Shown piece after piece: positions 21,739 through 33,225 of a stretch of DNA of 41,745 nucleotides (positions within the stretch are counted from its first letter, which is position 1; every line of letters starts with the position of its first letter). The translations under genes were made by a program, and so were the position numbers. A model generated the notes under the pieces. The model did no database searches. It worked only from the letters and a program-made list of their open reading frames with translations, and had not been told where the DNA came from. The DNA comes from Perkinsus olseni (Eukaryota): assembly GCA_013115125.1 (NCBI GenBank), contig JABANN010000296.1, positions 1-41,745 of the forward strand. Reading direction: 5' to 3'.

Positions 21739-22865
21739 TTATTCACTCGAATCGTCGGTATCACTAGCACGCGTGCACAACTCCGTCGTTGGTCCTGGCA
21801 GAACCAACCCTGCCGTCCAAGTATTGATAGTTGCCTCGTCCTGAAGTGGAGCTAACCTGGCTATCACCCTTGGCGATACCACAGTACTTGTTACTTTAAG
21901 ATGAGTAGGGCTGATATCGACTGTTGCAAGACGCTCAAGCAACGCCTTCACCGCTAGCATCATCTCAGCTGCACACGCACTGGCGGATTTGATAACCTCC
22001 AGGGTCTCGGAGCTGGACCCTCCCTCACCACCAGCGACGGTCGAGGTCGCGATACCTGACGATTGGGAGATGAGGTTGGAGACTAAGTTTAACTGGACGG
22101 CCCCGCCCGTCTCCAAAATGACGGCAGCCGAAGATTACGAACCACTCGTTGCTCAAATTATCGCGACTCTGGTGGCCACTACCGATACTCCCCTCCCCCG
22201 CCCTATGCGCGATGGGCCGCAAGATGCCTACCATCGAGGTGACGGATTATCCTTCCAAGATTGCCTGCATGCTTCTTTTGAAAATCCACCAACATCGATC
22301 GCATATCAACCAGCAGCTGTTCAGCTCGTCTAGTTCTAAAACATCAGGTGTGATGCCGACGAGACGCTCAATGTAGAAGAGACGACTTCTTGCCTACTGC
22401 AGCGACACCCTACTGCTACGATAACTATCAGCAAATTCTGATTTCCGAATAATACTCAGACAACCCCGGTTAGTACAGATCAGCCGTTATCCAGCCAACG
22501 GCCTTGCTGTGCTTTCGGAGGACCGGTTGAGTAGCGTCATCTAGCATGGTCTCTCTAATAGAATTATCGGGCAGCAGAAGCCACCTCTTAGTGAGGATGA
22601 TGCCAAGGGCTTTACTCAAGGCGGACACGTGGGGCTGGAGCGAAGTAGTGTACTGAACGTATGGAAGAACAAGGGATAGAACTTACGACCTCTCGATTGC
22701 AAGTACCCCCTAACGCCACCCACCCCAACCGTTGCACCATATCACCTCTGACTGCGCTTTCGACACTTCAACAATACTCCGATTAACCCCTGCTCTACCA
22801 GTGGACGATGAGGACGCCGATGAGGGTGTCGTCGCTGGACTACGAGACTTATGTTTCCGCGGCAT
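21739..22865 (-). CDS. Hypothetical protein, multi-exon
   Basis: MPRKHKSRSPATT... exon, internal exons with GT/AG borders, and a last exon including the 125-aa ORF ending DTDDSSE*. No homology recognised. Confidence 0.55.
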
Positions 22866-23189
22866 GTCGATAAGAAGGTAAGAGGGATTCCGCTCAAACT
22901 GCGGGATGAACATCAACTCGATACCTCCTTTTTATGGCGGTCAGACTATGGCTTGCCCGTCTTTCACTGCAACGCAAGGGCCTTCGATAAGAGGAGCCAA
23001 GTCCCCTGACGATAGGAGACAGTCCACAACCTACTTCCACCGGGGTAGTAGTAGTAATAATAGCCGCTCGTTCCACTGTGTCCTTAAAAACTCAGCGCGC
23101 CGCTGGCAGCAAGCGCAATATGCTCAGGAGGAATACAAAACATCCTCAGGGGAGCTAGAGGTGTCAGAAAGTACAGTCTACCCATCTTG

Positions 23190-23798
23190 TCATTGTTGTT
23201 GCTGTTGCTCAAGACCCCCACCCCCCTCTTCTTTAGTCGTCTTACCAAGCATCTGAGGAAGCATTACTACACTTAAGTGAATACTATACAGACCTTGCCA
23301 CTGCTACCAGCAACAACCCGTGTTAAGAATGGCGGAAGCCCTCGCTGTCTTGAGCCCTCTGCTCACCTTCTGCAATTCTCCGCTCTCTTTCAATGCTGCA
23401 GTCTCACTGCCTCCACCGATGCACTTACCATCAATAAAAACGCGTGGAACCTATGGGAGAACGTGGGGGTTGGCGGAAGTTACTGGCTGAAGTTCGACCC
23501 ACCGTTCTGGCACCAGTGATTTCGTTGAGATAGTCCTGAATGGCAGCGCAATCCGGACGGCCATCCAGTTCCACCACCTTGTACTCGGCACCTGCATTGG
23601 GTTATGATATTATGAGCTAACCTCGAGGGCCAGCCTACCGATGCTGTTTAAAGCATTCTTGGCTCTCTTGCAGTGTGGACAGTAGCTCTTGCTGAAGACC
23701 ATCACCCTGTTCTGCTTTATCTCATCGTCAACGAACTTCTTTACTTCCTCTGTACTGATTGGGGCCCCTCCCCCAGCAGGTGACAAACAGTTACCCAT
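23190..23798 (-). CDS. Dithiol glutaredoxin (CPHC) with N-terminal acylation motif
   Basis: MGNCLS...VMVFSKSYCPHCKRAK..|AEYKVVELDGRPDCAAIQDYLNEITGART|VPRVFIDGKCIGGGSET; 3 introns. Confidence 0.93.
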
Positions 23799-24085
23799 AA
23801 CTACAACTTATACTACTTCAAAAAGGTCTACAAAACTGGCTGTTCTTTCTCAACGTCGATAAGCCAATATTCACTCATATAATTCCCCCGAGACCCTTGT
23901 GGGGCATAACTAGCTACCTTCGCAATGGACAGCGCCGTCGCTATCAGGGATACCAATACACTACGAACTCAACTCATTATGAACCAACAAAACTCCGATT
24001 CTGGACGACTACAACGAGGAATACTGAGACCCTTTTAAGCAACCCATCGGCCTCTCTTGCCCAGCCCGGGCGATAGCTCAGTCAA

Positions 24086-24432
24086 TTAGGCTTGGATTAA
24101 CGTTTTCAACTCTCCACTGTGGACTTTGGCCACGGTATCGTCGCCCCCACCGATGAACTTGCCCTTCACAAACACACGCGGTACCTGTCAGAGAGAAGTA
24201 CCCCTAATAAACTATTGAGGACGAGTCTTACACTACGAGCGCCAGTGAGCTGGCCTAAGTAGTCTTGAATGTCCGCACAATCATCACGTTGATCGAGCTC
24301 GATAACCTTAGCATCGGCGTTGATCGAAGCAAGGGCCTCCTTAGCCTTCTTGCAGAAAGGGCAGTAGCTCTTGCTGAAGACCATAACTTTGTTGGAGGCG
24401 ATCTCGTTATCAACGAAACTCTTAACAGACAT
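24086..24432 (-). CDS. Dithiol glutaredoxin (CPFC)
   Basis: MSVKSFVDNEIASNKVMVFSKSYCPFCKKAK...GARS|VPRVFVKGKFIGGGDDTVAKVHSGELKTLIQA*; one intron. Confidence 0.95.
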
Positions 24433-25217
24433 AGTGGCGAATGAGATGAGACTTAACGAGTAACAACTGACAAGAAGCACCTGCCACGTGAGCTTCGTTT
24501 GCATTCATGACGGCCGATGCACGATTGCTAGTGTATTTGATTGTGGTCAATAAAGCTCGGCTACACAAGTTGTGCAGCAGATATCCTGAGGGAATACCAC
24601 CCCGGAAGAATTTCACCATGCCAGGATTGTCTCCCAGAGCGGATACCGGCCAGTATCAACACACAGCCTCTTCCTGAGACGCAACCGACAGATCCATGAG
24701 CTCTAGTAGGACGTTACCACGCCTGAGAGGGGGACTCTACTTCGGTCTAGCCACCCATACCACACAAAGTAAGATCATCCCGCATTCTGTATAGAAGGAG
24801 ACAGACCTGTGTAGCGGTGGCAACTGACCAAGCCCACTGCGAACACCGATCGCTCCACTGCTTGACAGAACAGGTTTCTCGTAAGACAATCCGACCATCT
24901 TTAAGGTTGGGCTGAGAAACTACCTTATGAGGGCGGAAGCACCGAGCTGAGAGTGGCGTCACGCAACACGCGAGCCCAAAGATCGCTGAGGAAATCAGTA
25001 AGATTGCAAGATTTTCTTAGGAGAGCTAGCATGCGAATCGACGGATCTCAATCGAATCGATTACAGTGGGTTGAATATCATAATGGCAAAACTTACTCTA
25101 GCTTCTAGGAGTGTGTGAAGGTTTGATATAAAGTCTCTCTTCAGAAGTTGTAAGTTTATCGAGTTTTCATCCCTAACGGGAGACCGTTGGCCATCGTTGT
25201 CGTCGTCGGTGCTTTCC

Positions 25218-25697
25218 ATGGCCCAGCCTTGTTGCAATGTTCAACAGCAGCAGCAGCAGCACCAGGAGCAGCATATCACTACTCCCGTGCAATCTGCCGA
25301 TCTCAGCTGCAGCCTCGGTGGTAGTGGAAGCACTTCTTCCTCGACCTCGTCATCCTGTCGAAGGGGTCGTTTCAATCTTGAGCCTGTCGTGAGCCTCTCC
25401 CCCTTGGACGCTCGTGATCTATCGGCCGCCATTCTCTACAAGGGTGATGTTGATGATGGTGCTGTTGCTGTTGTTGGCTGTAATGGGTGTCTGGCCGCAC
25501 CTCACACTAAAGTTCGCCGTATAGGTCGGTTTGTGTGTGCTGAAGCAGAGCGCGATAGTGTTCCACAGATGGTCCAGCGTAGGCGTGTGGGCCGATTCGA
25601 AGTCACAACTTGGCTGTCTGGTTGTGTGATATCGAGATCCGAGGATTCTTTCCGGAACGGTGAAGAGGTCGTCATCAAGCGGTCTTCTTTTCCTTAG
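25218..25697 (+). CDS. Small intronless protein with three RRxGRF-type motifs (paralog A)
   Basis: ATG 25218 MAQPCC; motifs RRGRFNL, RRIGRFVC, RRVGRFEV, then SRSED; colinear with 28354-28731. Confidence 0.75.
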   Translation: MAQPCCNVQQQQQQHQEQHITTPVQSADLSCSLGGSGSTSSSTSSSCRRGRFNLEPVVSLSPLDARDLSAAILYKGDVDDGAVAVVGCNGCLAAPHTKVRRIGRFVCAEAERDSVPQMVQRRRVGRFEVTTWLSGCVISRSEDSFRNGEEVVIKRSSFP

Positions 25698-26712
25698 TTT
25701 TACCCCTTTTTGACTGCTATCTTTGCAGTCGCGTGTAGGTATTGTTCAACTTGCGTAACACATTCTGTGTCCGTCTCTTCGGTTGTTTGTTCGAATTGTA
25801 CCAACTCCATCACGCGTCCCTCCTTTCACTGTCGTGAGTAGTGAAGTTTTGTGGGACCATAGCGGTTGGCGTGCTGGCAAAGCACTTAGTTCGTGTGTCA
25901 CTAGCTTGTTGATGCCCCTGCGTAGGTGTCGTCAACAGTGGTTGGTGCATTCGAGACATCTTGAGTTTGTTCTTCGTCTCTGTGAGACTTGCCGTTTCCT
26001 CGAGGCGCGAGGACTGTTCGAGATGCGCTGAGTTGCTTTGGTCAATACTTGAGCTGCTCTCCTTGGTTGTCTGTTCGCGGGTAGAGGCAAACTACCTGTA
26101 CCGTAAATTACCCGAGGTACTCCACGATGTTGCAACTCTGTGAGGTTCATCAAGTCCTATGTCTTTGTATTGTCCTGGGCCTCTGCTGTGCCCTGTCTGT
26201 CGGAGACACAGCGACCGCGTCAACTCCGTTTTTCCAGAGGTACTGGCCGAGAAGCGCATTCTCGCTGGTAAACGAAGGAGGAAAGCATCCAAGCGGAGTG
26301 TACAGGGGTCGACAGATTGAAACAGCGTGTTTGATCTGTTCGTAGATGATTGCTCTCGCGTGGTGGAATTGACTTCACGTCGTCCAACTTGTCGGGAACC
26401 TCAGCGTACGTACGCCCCTCGATAGGGGGCATAGCAGAACGAAGCAGTTGGGACTAGAGTGTATAATGCGAGGATGGCCCCTCTCAGCCTCCGCACCAAG
26501 TGGAAGCAGGGAAGTCCTGCTGATACTGCCGCACTCGGATCGACTAACTCGAACAGGAACAATAACGCTCAACTACAGCCTCGGAGAAGCTTGAAACAGT
26601 TGCTAGTAACAGGTGCACGCGCGCGCTGATCCCGGATCCGCACGCATGCGCATCACAAAAGTTGGGGCATATCACCCGTGTTGAAGAGTGTTCGCACACA
26701 GTTCAACAACTC

Positions 26713-28155
26713 ATGACGAGCCGTGTGAGTTCTGACTACGATCTACCACCTTTAGCTCCTAAAGGGGACACCTTTGCTGGTGTGGCTTGTCTGGCGAACT
26801 CTATCATTGGTACGGGTATGCTAACCCTCGCCTATGGTCTGTCCAGGTGTGGTTGGGCTTTAGGCATCTCGTGGTTTATAGTTTGCGCGGTTCTCTCTGG
26901 ATTCACCGCACATCTTTTGAACTGTATCGCTGTAGCAATGCCTGAGAAACGGCTCACCTACAACACAGTTTCTGTCCACGCTGGCCTTCCCTGGCTGGCC
27001 CCGGTCACGGACATCGTCCTTTTTGTCAACAACGCCCTCATGGATACAGTGTATCTGCAAGTATTTGCTGATATTGGCCTCTCCTTGACGGAGCACTTCA
27101 GCCCGGGGTCTACTCAGACTAATCGATTCTGGATAAGGGCGGGTTTCATCGGGCTCGTTATTGTTCTCTTGTTGCCAATATGCATGGCTAAGCATATATC
27201 AGCTAATGCTCTCACAAGTGCGATCGGCTTAACGCTATTCCTGTATTCTGTCATAGCAGGAGTCAGCTATGCAGCCGCGACTGAAGAGGTTGCTGGAACC
27301 GATTCAGTCGGCTTCCCACCACAATCTGACATATGGCAGATGCTCTCTGTAATGCCCCTGTTCGTTGGGGCCTATTCTTGTCACTTCGTCGTCCTACCAG
27401 TTGCACAAGACACTACGAACAGGAATATGAGGAGACTACAGTAGATGTCATCCTCTTCCTTGCCTTTCTTGTTGTTACGGTCTTCTTTGTAGTAGCCATG
27501 GTGATACCCTATTATGTCTATGGTTATGAGGTTACCTCAAACTTCTATCTCAGTTTACCACTGGGCCATCCAGCGATACTTACAGGCTACATAACACTAC
27601 CTATCGCCCTACTAACGGCCTTCCCAATCATATTATTCGCTGCTAGGCAGTCCCTGGGGGAGGCGCTATGCTACTTTTGGCCGTCTTTGAAGGATACAAA
27701 CAAGCTGCATATCGGGTCTACTCTGCTATTCATAATTTTCTGTCTGTCGATCTCGCTCGGAGTAGAAGATCTAGGATACACGTACTCATTCATGTCCATT
27801 GTCACCTCCGCCATCCCTGCCAAAGTCTCATGTAGTCAGTAGCCCAGTAGGCACACCATTTCGTAGGAAGAACTTCTTTTCGCTGAAGCTCTATCGGTTG
27901 GCAGCTGCTTCTGGTATATATTATTGCGTTACCAAGTTCGACAGCCATTCGAATTCACTGAATACCTTTCCCTCGACCGGAGAGAGCGAGCTTGAGCTCA
28001 ACGATCACAGGTCGGTAGGCCGCGTCACCCCCATACCTCGAGCAACTTCAGTGGCCTTTGACGTGGGAAGAGTTTACAGTGACGTCGAGGAATCTAATAA
28101 ACACGCGAACGACCTAACGCAAAACGACCGTCGTTTAACGACGGAGTTGTGCTGA
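26713..28155 (+). pseudogene. Amino-acid transporter (AAAP/Aa_trans family), frameshifted and apparently missing terminal TMs
   Basis: LANSIIGTGMLTLAYG..CGW, FVGAYSCHFVV, LLTAFPIILFAARQSL. TAG at 27442-27444, with the TM sequence continuing in another frame (DVILFLAFLVV). Confidence 0.7.
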
Positions 28156-28353
28156 GCGTCGTTGCAAGTAAGAACGCAAGATTCCAAGATTCGAGCGAGA
28201 GCCGTCATCATGTTCCCACAATCCGTCGCTAGAATCATTCCTTGGGTGAATTTCAACTTGAAATTTTCAAGGATCATTGTCATTAATCTCTGTCAGGTTT
28301 GTTTTGGTTTATATAATTTCTACTTATTACCTGTAGCAAGGCCTGTGCTTTGC

Positions 28354-28731
28354 ATGGTCGAGAGTACTCTTCCCAATAAGTTGCAGCAGCAGCATCAACC
28401 AGATGAAGCAGCGCCACCTTCTCACATCCGAAGGGGCAGGTTCAGCCTTGGTCCTTTGCTTCCCTTACCTAGTGATGATGCTGACACCCTGAGAGATGCT
28501 ACTTTGCGCAAGGACACTGACTGCGAGAAGGCCGCTACTAGACCGTGTTGTCCGAGAGTTCGACGTGTTGGTAGGTTCGAGTGTGAAGCTGCTGAGCCTT
28601 GTGACCTCATCAAAAGGCGAAGAGTTGGGCGCTTCGATGTCGTCACTGTACCTACTGCCTGCATGGTCTCGAGGAGTGAAGATCCTTCCCAGATGGCCAT
28701 GGCCGTTCTCCGACACGTACCTTGCAGTTGA
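28354..28731 (+). CDS. Small intronless protein with three RRxGRF-type motifs (paralog B)
   Basis: ATG 28354; RRGRFSL, RRVGRFEC, RRVGRFDV, SRSED; aligns with paralog A. Confidence 0.75.
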   Translation: MVESTLPNKLQQQHQPDEAAPPSHIRRGRFSLGPLLPLPSDDADTLRDATLRKDTDCEKAATRPCCPRVRRVGRFECEAAEPCDLIKRRRVGRFDVVTVPTACMVSRSEDPSQMAMAVLRHVPCS

Positions 28732-29323
28732 GCTTCCCTGCTGCATCATCTTCTACTACAACTACATGTAGTGGTCCTGTGACTAACACTCAACAATTTA
28801 CTACTTTTCCAAAACTGCTGCTCTCATTATTCTGTCGTCATTCCTTCTCGAGTATAACGTCAAGGCTCCCTACGTGCTGGGAACAGTTGATGTACTTGGA
28901 TCATTTTCTATGGCTGATCATTACTGAAGGAATCATCCCGTAACCGCAGTCTGCAATATACTGGTCTTAGGGTGCTCGAGGCAAGCAGATGATCTTATGA
29001 GACTTTCTGAGGCTTGCCTCGATTTTGTTGTCAACGGCTTCACAGTCGTGTACCCAGCTCTTAGTGATATGTGTCACCTCTTCACTGCCTGTACCATTGT
29101 AACACAGAAATTGATGGGGTTTCGGAGGTTTTGGCATTTTGTACGTTGTGATTCGATCTGGCTGAGTAGTGCAGCCGAGTATGATGACTATGATACAATT
29201 GTCAGGCAGGATTCGAGCACCCGGGCCTGGGTTAACGCCAACTCTAGTGTGCTTCCCGATCTCTTTTGCGAGTTGCGTTTAACTCAATATTTTGAAATGG
29301 AGAGATTTTGATAGGCTGTTGTG

Positions 29324-32300
29324 ATGGTGGCAAGAAGGCGGATAACAGCTAGGATCGTCCCTGTGGGAGGAGTGGATGATGAGGGGCAGGCCAGCCCTGA
29401 GGGGAGCCATAGCGAAAAGGTAGTTGGCTGCTGCCAATCCGGGTTGATGTGCTCGAGTGCTCCGAGTGGCTTGCCTGTGGTTCTATGTATCTCGTAGTTC
29501 AAGTCGTCGAGGGGATAGTGTCTCGGTCAGGACAGTACGATCGAGGAGCACGATGAGGCGGAGAGCTCGAGCCACGGTGATGACGGTAAGGAGTGCTGCT
29601 GTGCGGTGGGTTCTCCCTCTACCAGTATATCAGGTTCAGCACACGATGAAGCAACAACCAAGGTGGGTCGTGTGGTATTAATGGGGAAGGTCATCGGTTG
29701 TGGCAGGATAGCGCAACCAAGGCAAAGACGGTCTGTGCTGTTGATGCAGAGGTCTTAGACAGGTATGGCAGTACTACAGTCAGGGGGTTATCGAGTGATC
29801 ATTATCCTGTGTCACCATCATATTTGCCCCTGAATACTGTCGGCCAACGTCCCAATGGTATTGTCAGGTTGCGAGGTGCTGTTGGACATCAACTTCGCCG
29901 TGATGCACCTGAAGAGGGACGCGGTTGGACGGTCGCTTCAAGAAGGGCTTCGAGGTCTCATGCGTTACCTTGTGTCCCCGCCGATTCACCAAGCCACCTA
30001 GTGTGTTCATACTCAGTCGGTACTCGGTAACCGGCAGCTCGGCTATCGGTCCACCGTCGACCCCCACCACAGATCGGCCAATCACAAGCTCTCCGGAGGG
30101 TGGTGGCTTAAAGGCGATCGTTGCCTCGATCGCTCGGAGACACTTCTTCGAATCTGTTATGTGGTTGGTCGTGCTAGCAGTGAGTTGCGAGATCCCCCGC
30201 CCAGTCGCCTTACCCACCGCTACTCTCTCGTTAGTCCACCATGCTAGCCGGCCTGGAGACGGACATAGTGGGAGAACCCTCTGCAGACGAGACAACAGGG
30301 ATGCTCATTTTTCAAGTGCTACAAATGCTCTGCCTGGCAGCGTTCACTGTGGAGCTTTTCATCCACGTGAGGAGGCTGGGTAGGTGCTGCTGCACACCTT
30401 CATTTCTCTCCTCTCTAACGCCTGCTGCGAAGGGCAGTGCATTCCCAATGCGACTGTTGCGATTGGAAGCACTCTTTTGATAGGATGGGACATCTTTCTC
30501 GACTCTTGGATATTGGTTGACTTCATGCTTCTGGTGTTCGGAGTTTATGACGTCTACTTCGGCCTGAGGTCGATTGAGTCCGCCTCTGATTGGTCTTATT
30601 CTACCGGTCACAAGCTGCAACTTGGCTCGGCTATGAGAGCTATAAGGCTCATACGGTAAACAATTCTTGCTGCGGCTCTCCTTGTTGAGGTCCTCTAGCT
30701 GTGTCTCAGGCCAGTCAGCCTCGTTCGTCACAGTAGTGGACTGGGGCAGTTGTGGGTGCTAGTCTCCGGTATCGCCTCTACCCTCCGCAGTCTGGCCTGG
30801 ATATCCCTCGTCCTCGGTGTCATAATGTGAGTACGATCATTCCACCAGTGAATGTGGGCTCGCCTCTCTACCTCAATGCACTGCTACGAGTCGGAGATAG
30901 CACCGAGAAATACGTCCCCTAAAAACCCGTGCAGAACTTGTCGGCAGTACCTTGCAAACATTCCCTGGTTCCGGGAGATCTCCAACCGTCTTCAATCCAG
31001 TCCAACTCACTGCACGTCCGTCCTTCATCTTTTCCGTAGTAACACATGTAGCGCTTTTCAACTCCAATAGGTTTATGGTAGCTAGCTACTTGACTCTAAT
31101 AGTAGGCCAGGCCACCGATCATCTACCAACTCCTAGCGAGGTGACGACCATCATCCCCACACCACTCTATTTAACTCCTCTAGGTAGCCCTGGCCCTCAG
31201 CACACCAGGGGACGCGGCTGCTTTCGACAATGTAACTGGTAGAGTACGCGGTGCTCAGCCGAGCAAGTTTCCGGTGTTTATGTAGTTGTTCGGGACAGGT
31301 TCACATTTGGCCGGAGTTGAGCCAATACTTTGGTAACATCGGTAGGTCGATGTTGACGTGCCTTCAGCTGGTTACTCTCGATAATTGGTATGTGGTCTCG
31401 CGGGAAGTAAGCTTGCGGGATGCCAACTCAGCTTGATTGACTCGTCAAGGTGGCTGAGAGGAATTGGGCGGCTAACCTATTGATCATCGCTGTCGTGTAC
31501 ACCTGCTCCTATGGAATGCTGAAGGCCCTTCTCGGAGTGGTCGTCGAAAGGGTTATGGCGATATCAGCAGATAACGAGGAGGAACGCGGGAGGGTACTAC
31601 TTTCTCATGTGACGACCTTGACCTGACGCTATCTTGGCAGCTCATTTACCAGCTAGAGGTTAGATTTATACGCTCGATGCGGAGCGCCTTCGAGCGAGCT
31701 GACATTGATGGGTCGGGTACTCTGAGGTGGGAAGAATTCGAGTCCTGTGTGCTGAGCGATCGGGCAGTGAAGGTGAGTAGCTCAAGTGCTGCTTCCCCAC
31801 TACCTTGATGTCATTCAGAGGAAGCTGGCCTTGATTGACATAGACTCGTCGATGATTGAGGAGCTTTTCAAGATCCTCGATGTGGATGATTCTGGACATA
31901 TAACTTGTGATGAGTTCATAGGCGGTCTACTGAGGCTTCGGGTAACTCAGTAGCGGTAGCAGTTGTGGAGGGGATACTGGCTCAGGGTCAAGCGAGAGGT
32001 AGGGACATGCTCACTCTGAGGGTATCATTGTTGGGTATATTGGAGCGCCTGGAGGACATAGAAGACAGGACGCGGATGATGAATCTTACCTTGAAGAGTG
32101 TAAGATCCTATCATCTCTATACATGTGCGGAGGAAGTGATGCAGCTGAGGACGTCTCCGAGGATTCCGTCATGTCGTTCAGATCGTCGATGATGTGAATC
32201 AGTGGACTGACCTCTTCCTGGGTAATAGATTGAGGTGCCAGGCAGTGCAGGATACCATCGACTGGAATGCTAAGGTTACTACCGTTAAAAGGGCGGTCCT

Positions 32301-32647
32301 GGACAATCTGCACACCGTAAGTCCTGGGTGGAAGAAATATTGAATCGGTTACTCTCGGATACAGGGTATTCAGAAGGATCGAGAGGAAGTAGTGCGTACA
32401 GCTGCTGCTGCTGCTGCACGGGATGGTAGGGGACGGAGGAGCTGTGGAGATGGTGGTAATGCGCTCAGGGAGGAGGGACTGTCGGGGGCCGGTCGAGTTT
32501 GTAGTACAAACTTTGTACCTTGTTCAGGGAAGGCAGATGAAATGGGGTGGGTGGTGGACACAAAAGAGAAGCGATGAGCGGAAGCTGCAACGGTTGAGCC
32601 GTATCCAAACTCGACATCCTCATGCCATCATTCATGTCGTGCATTAA
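29324..32647 (+). CDS. Single-domain voltage-gated-type cation channel (Ion_trans) with C-terminal EF-hand
   Basis: S1 FFESVMWLVVL; S2 LAAFTVELFIH; GWDIFLDSWILVDFMLLV; S4 MRAIRLIR|PVSLVR; LWVLVSGIASTLRSLAW; pore YFGNIGRSMLTCLQLVTLDNW; S6 YGMLKALLGVVVE; EF-hand ELFKILDVDDSGHITCDEFIGGLLRLR. Ends approximate. Confidence 0.88.
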
Positions 32648-32914
32648 TGATACTTGTCTCTCCCTGGCCTCTAGCGTGTTGAGTTGAGGGAACAGCATCT
32701 AATCACTTCTCGCCTTCTCGCAGCGTATTCTGTGTCTAACCCCACAGACTCCTCTTCCCTACTCTCCGACCCCCTCCCCAGTGCTCTCCTCAATCGTAGA
32801 GCACTACCAACAGTAACTCCCACTTTCACAACACTCCATCACAGCGGTTGAGGTCGCTGTCCATCTAAAACTGGGTAGTAACACACCTATCATGCTCTTG
32901 AGGGAAGACTATGA

Positions 32915-32915
<1 letters not shown>

Positions 32916-32951
<36 letters not shown>
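32916..32951 (+). repeat. (TCA)12 microsatellite
   Basis: Perfect TCA run in intergenic/UTR sequence. Confidence 0.95.
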
Positions 32952-33225
32952 GGCGACCTTCCTCCAACCACAGCACACTTCTCCCTAGTCTTGGCCTCCG
33001 AGTGTCGTGCCAACGGGGCCTTCAACGATCTAAATTATTTCAACCAGCTTGCTCGGTGCGCCACTTACAGCTCGCGAGATCACCACTGAGCGCCGTTGTA
33101 GCATCACCAACGACATTAAAAAATCACGCCATCGCCAAGCAGCAGCAGCTTTAAAGTGGGGTGTCGACCGAGGGGAGGCCTTGCAAGTTCCAAAATGCAG
33201 ATACGTGTAAGCCGTCCTCTGAAAG

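Noticed and set aside
24068-24140. tRNA-like start GGGCGATAGCTCAGT
   Set aside because: Continues into antisense glutaredoxin coding sequence; no anticodon or T arm.
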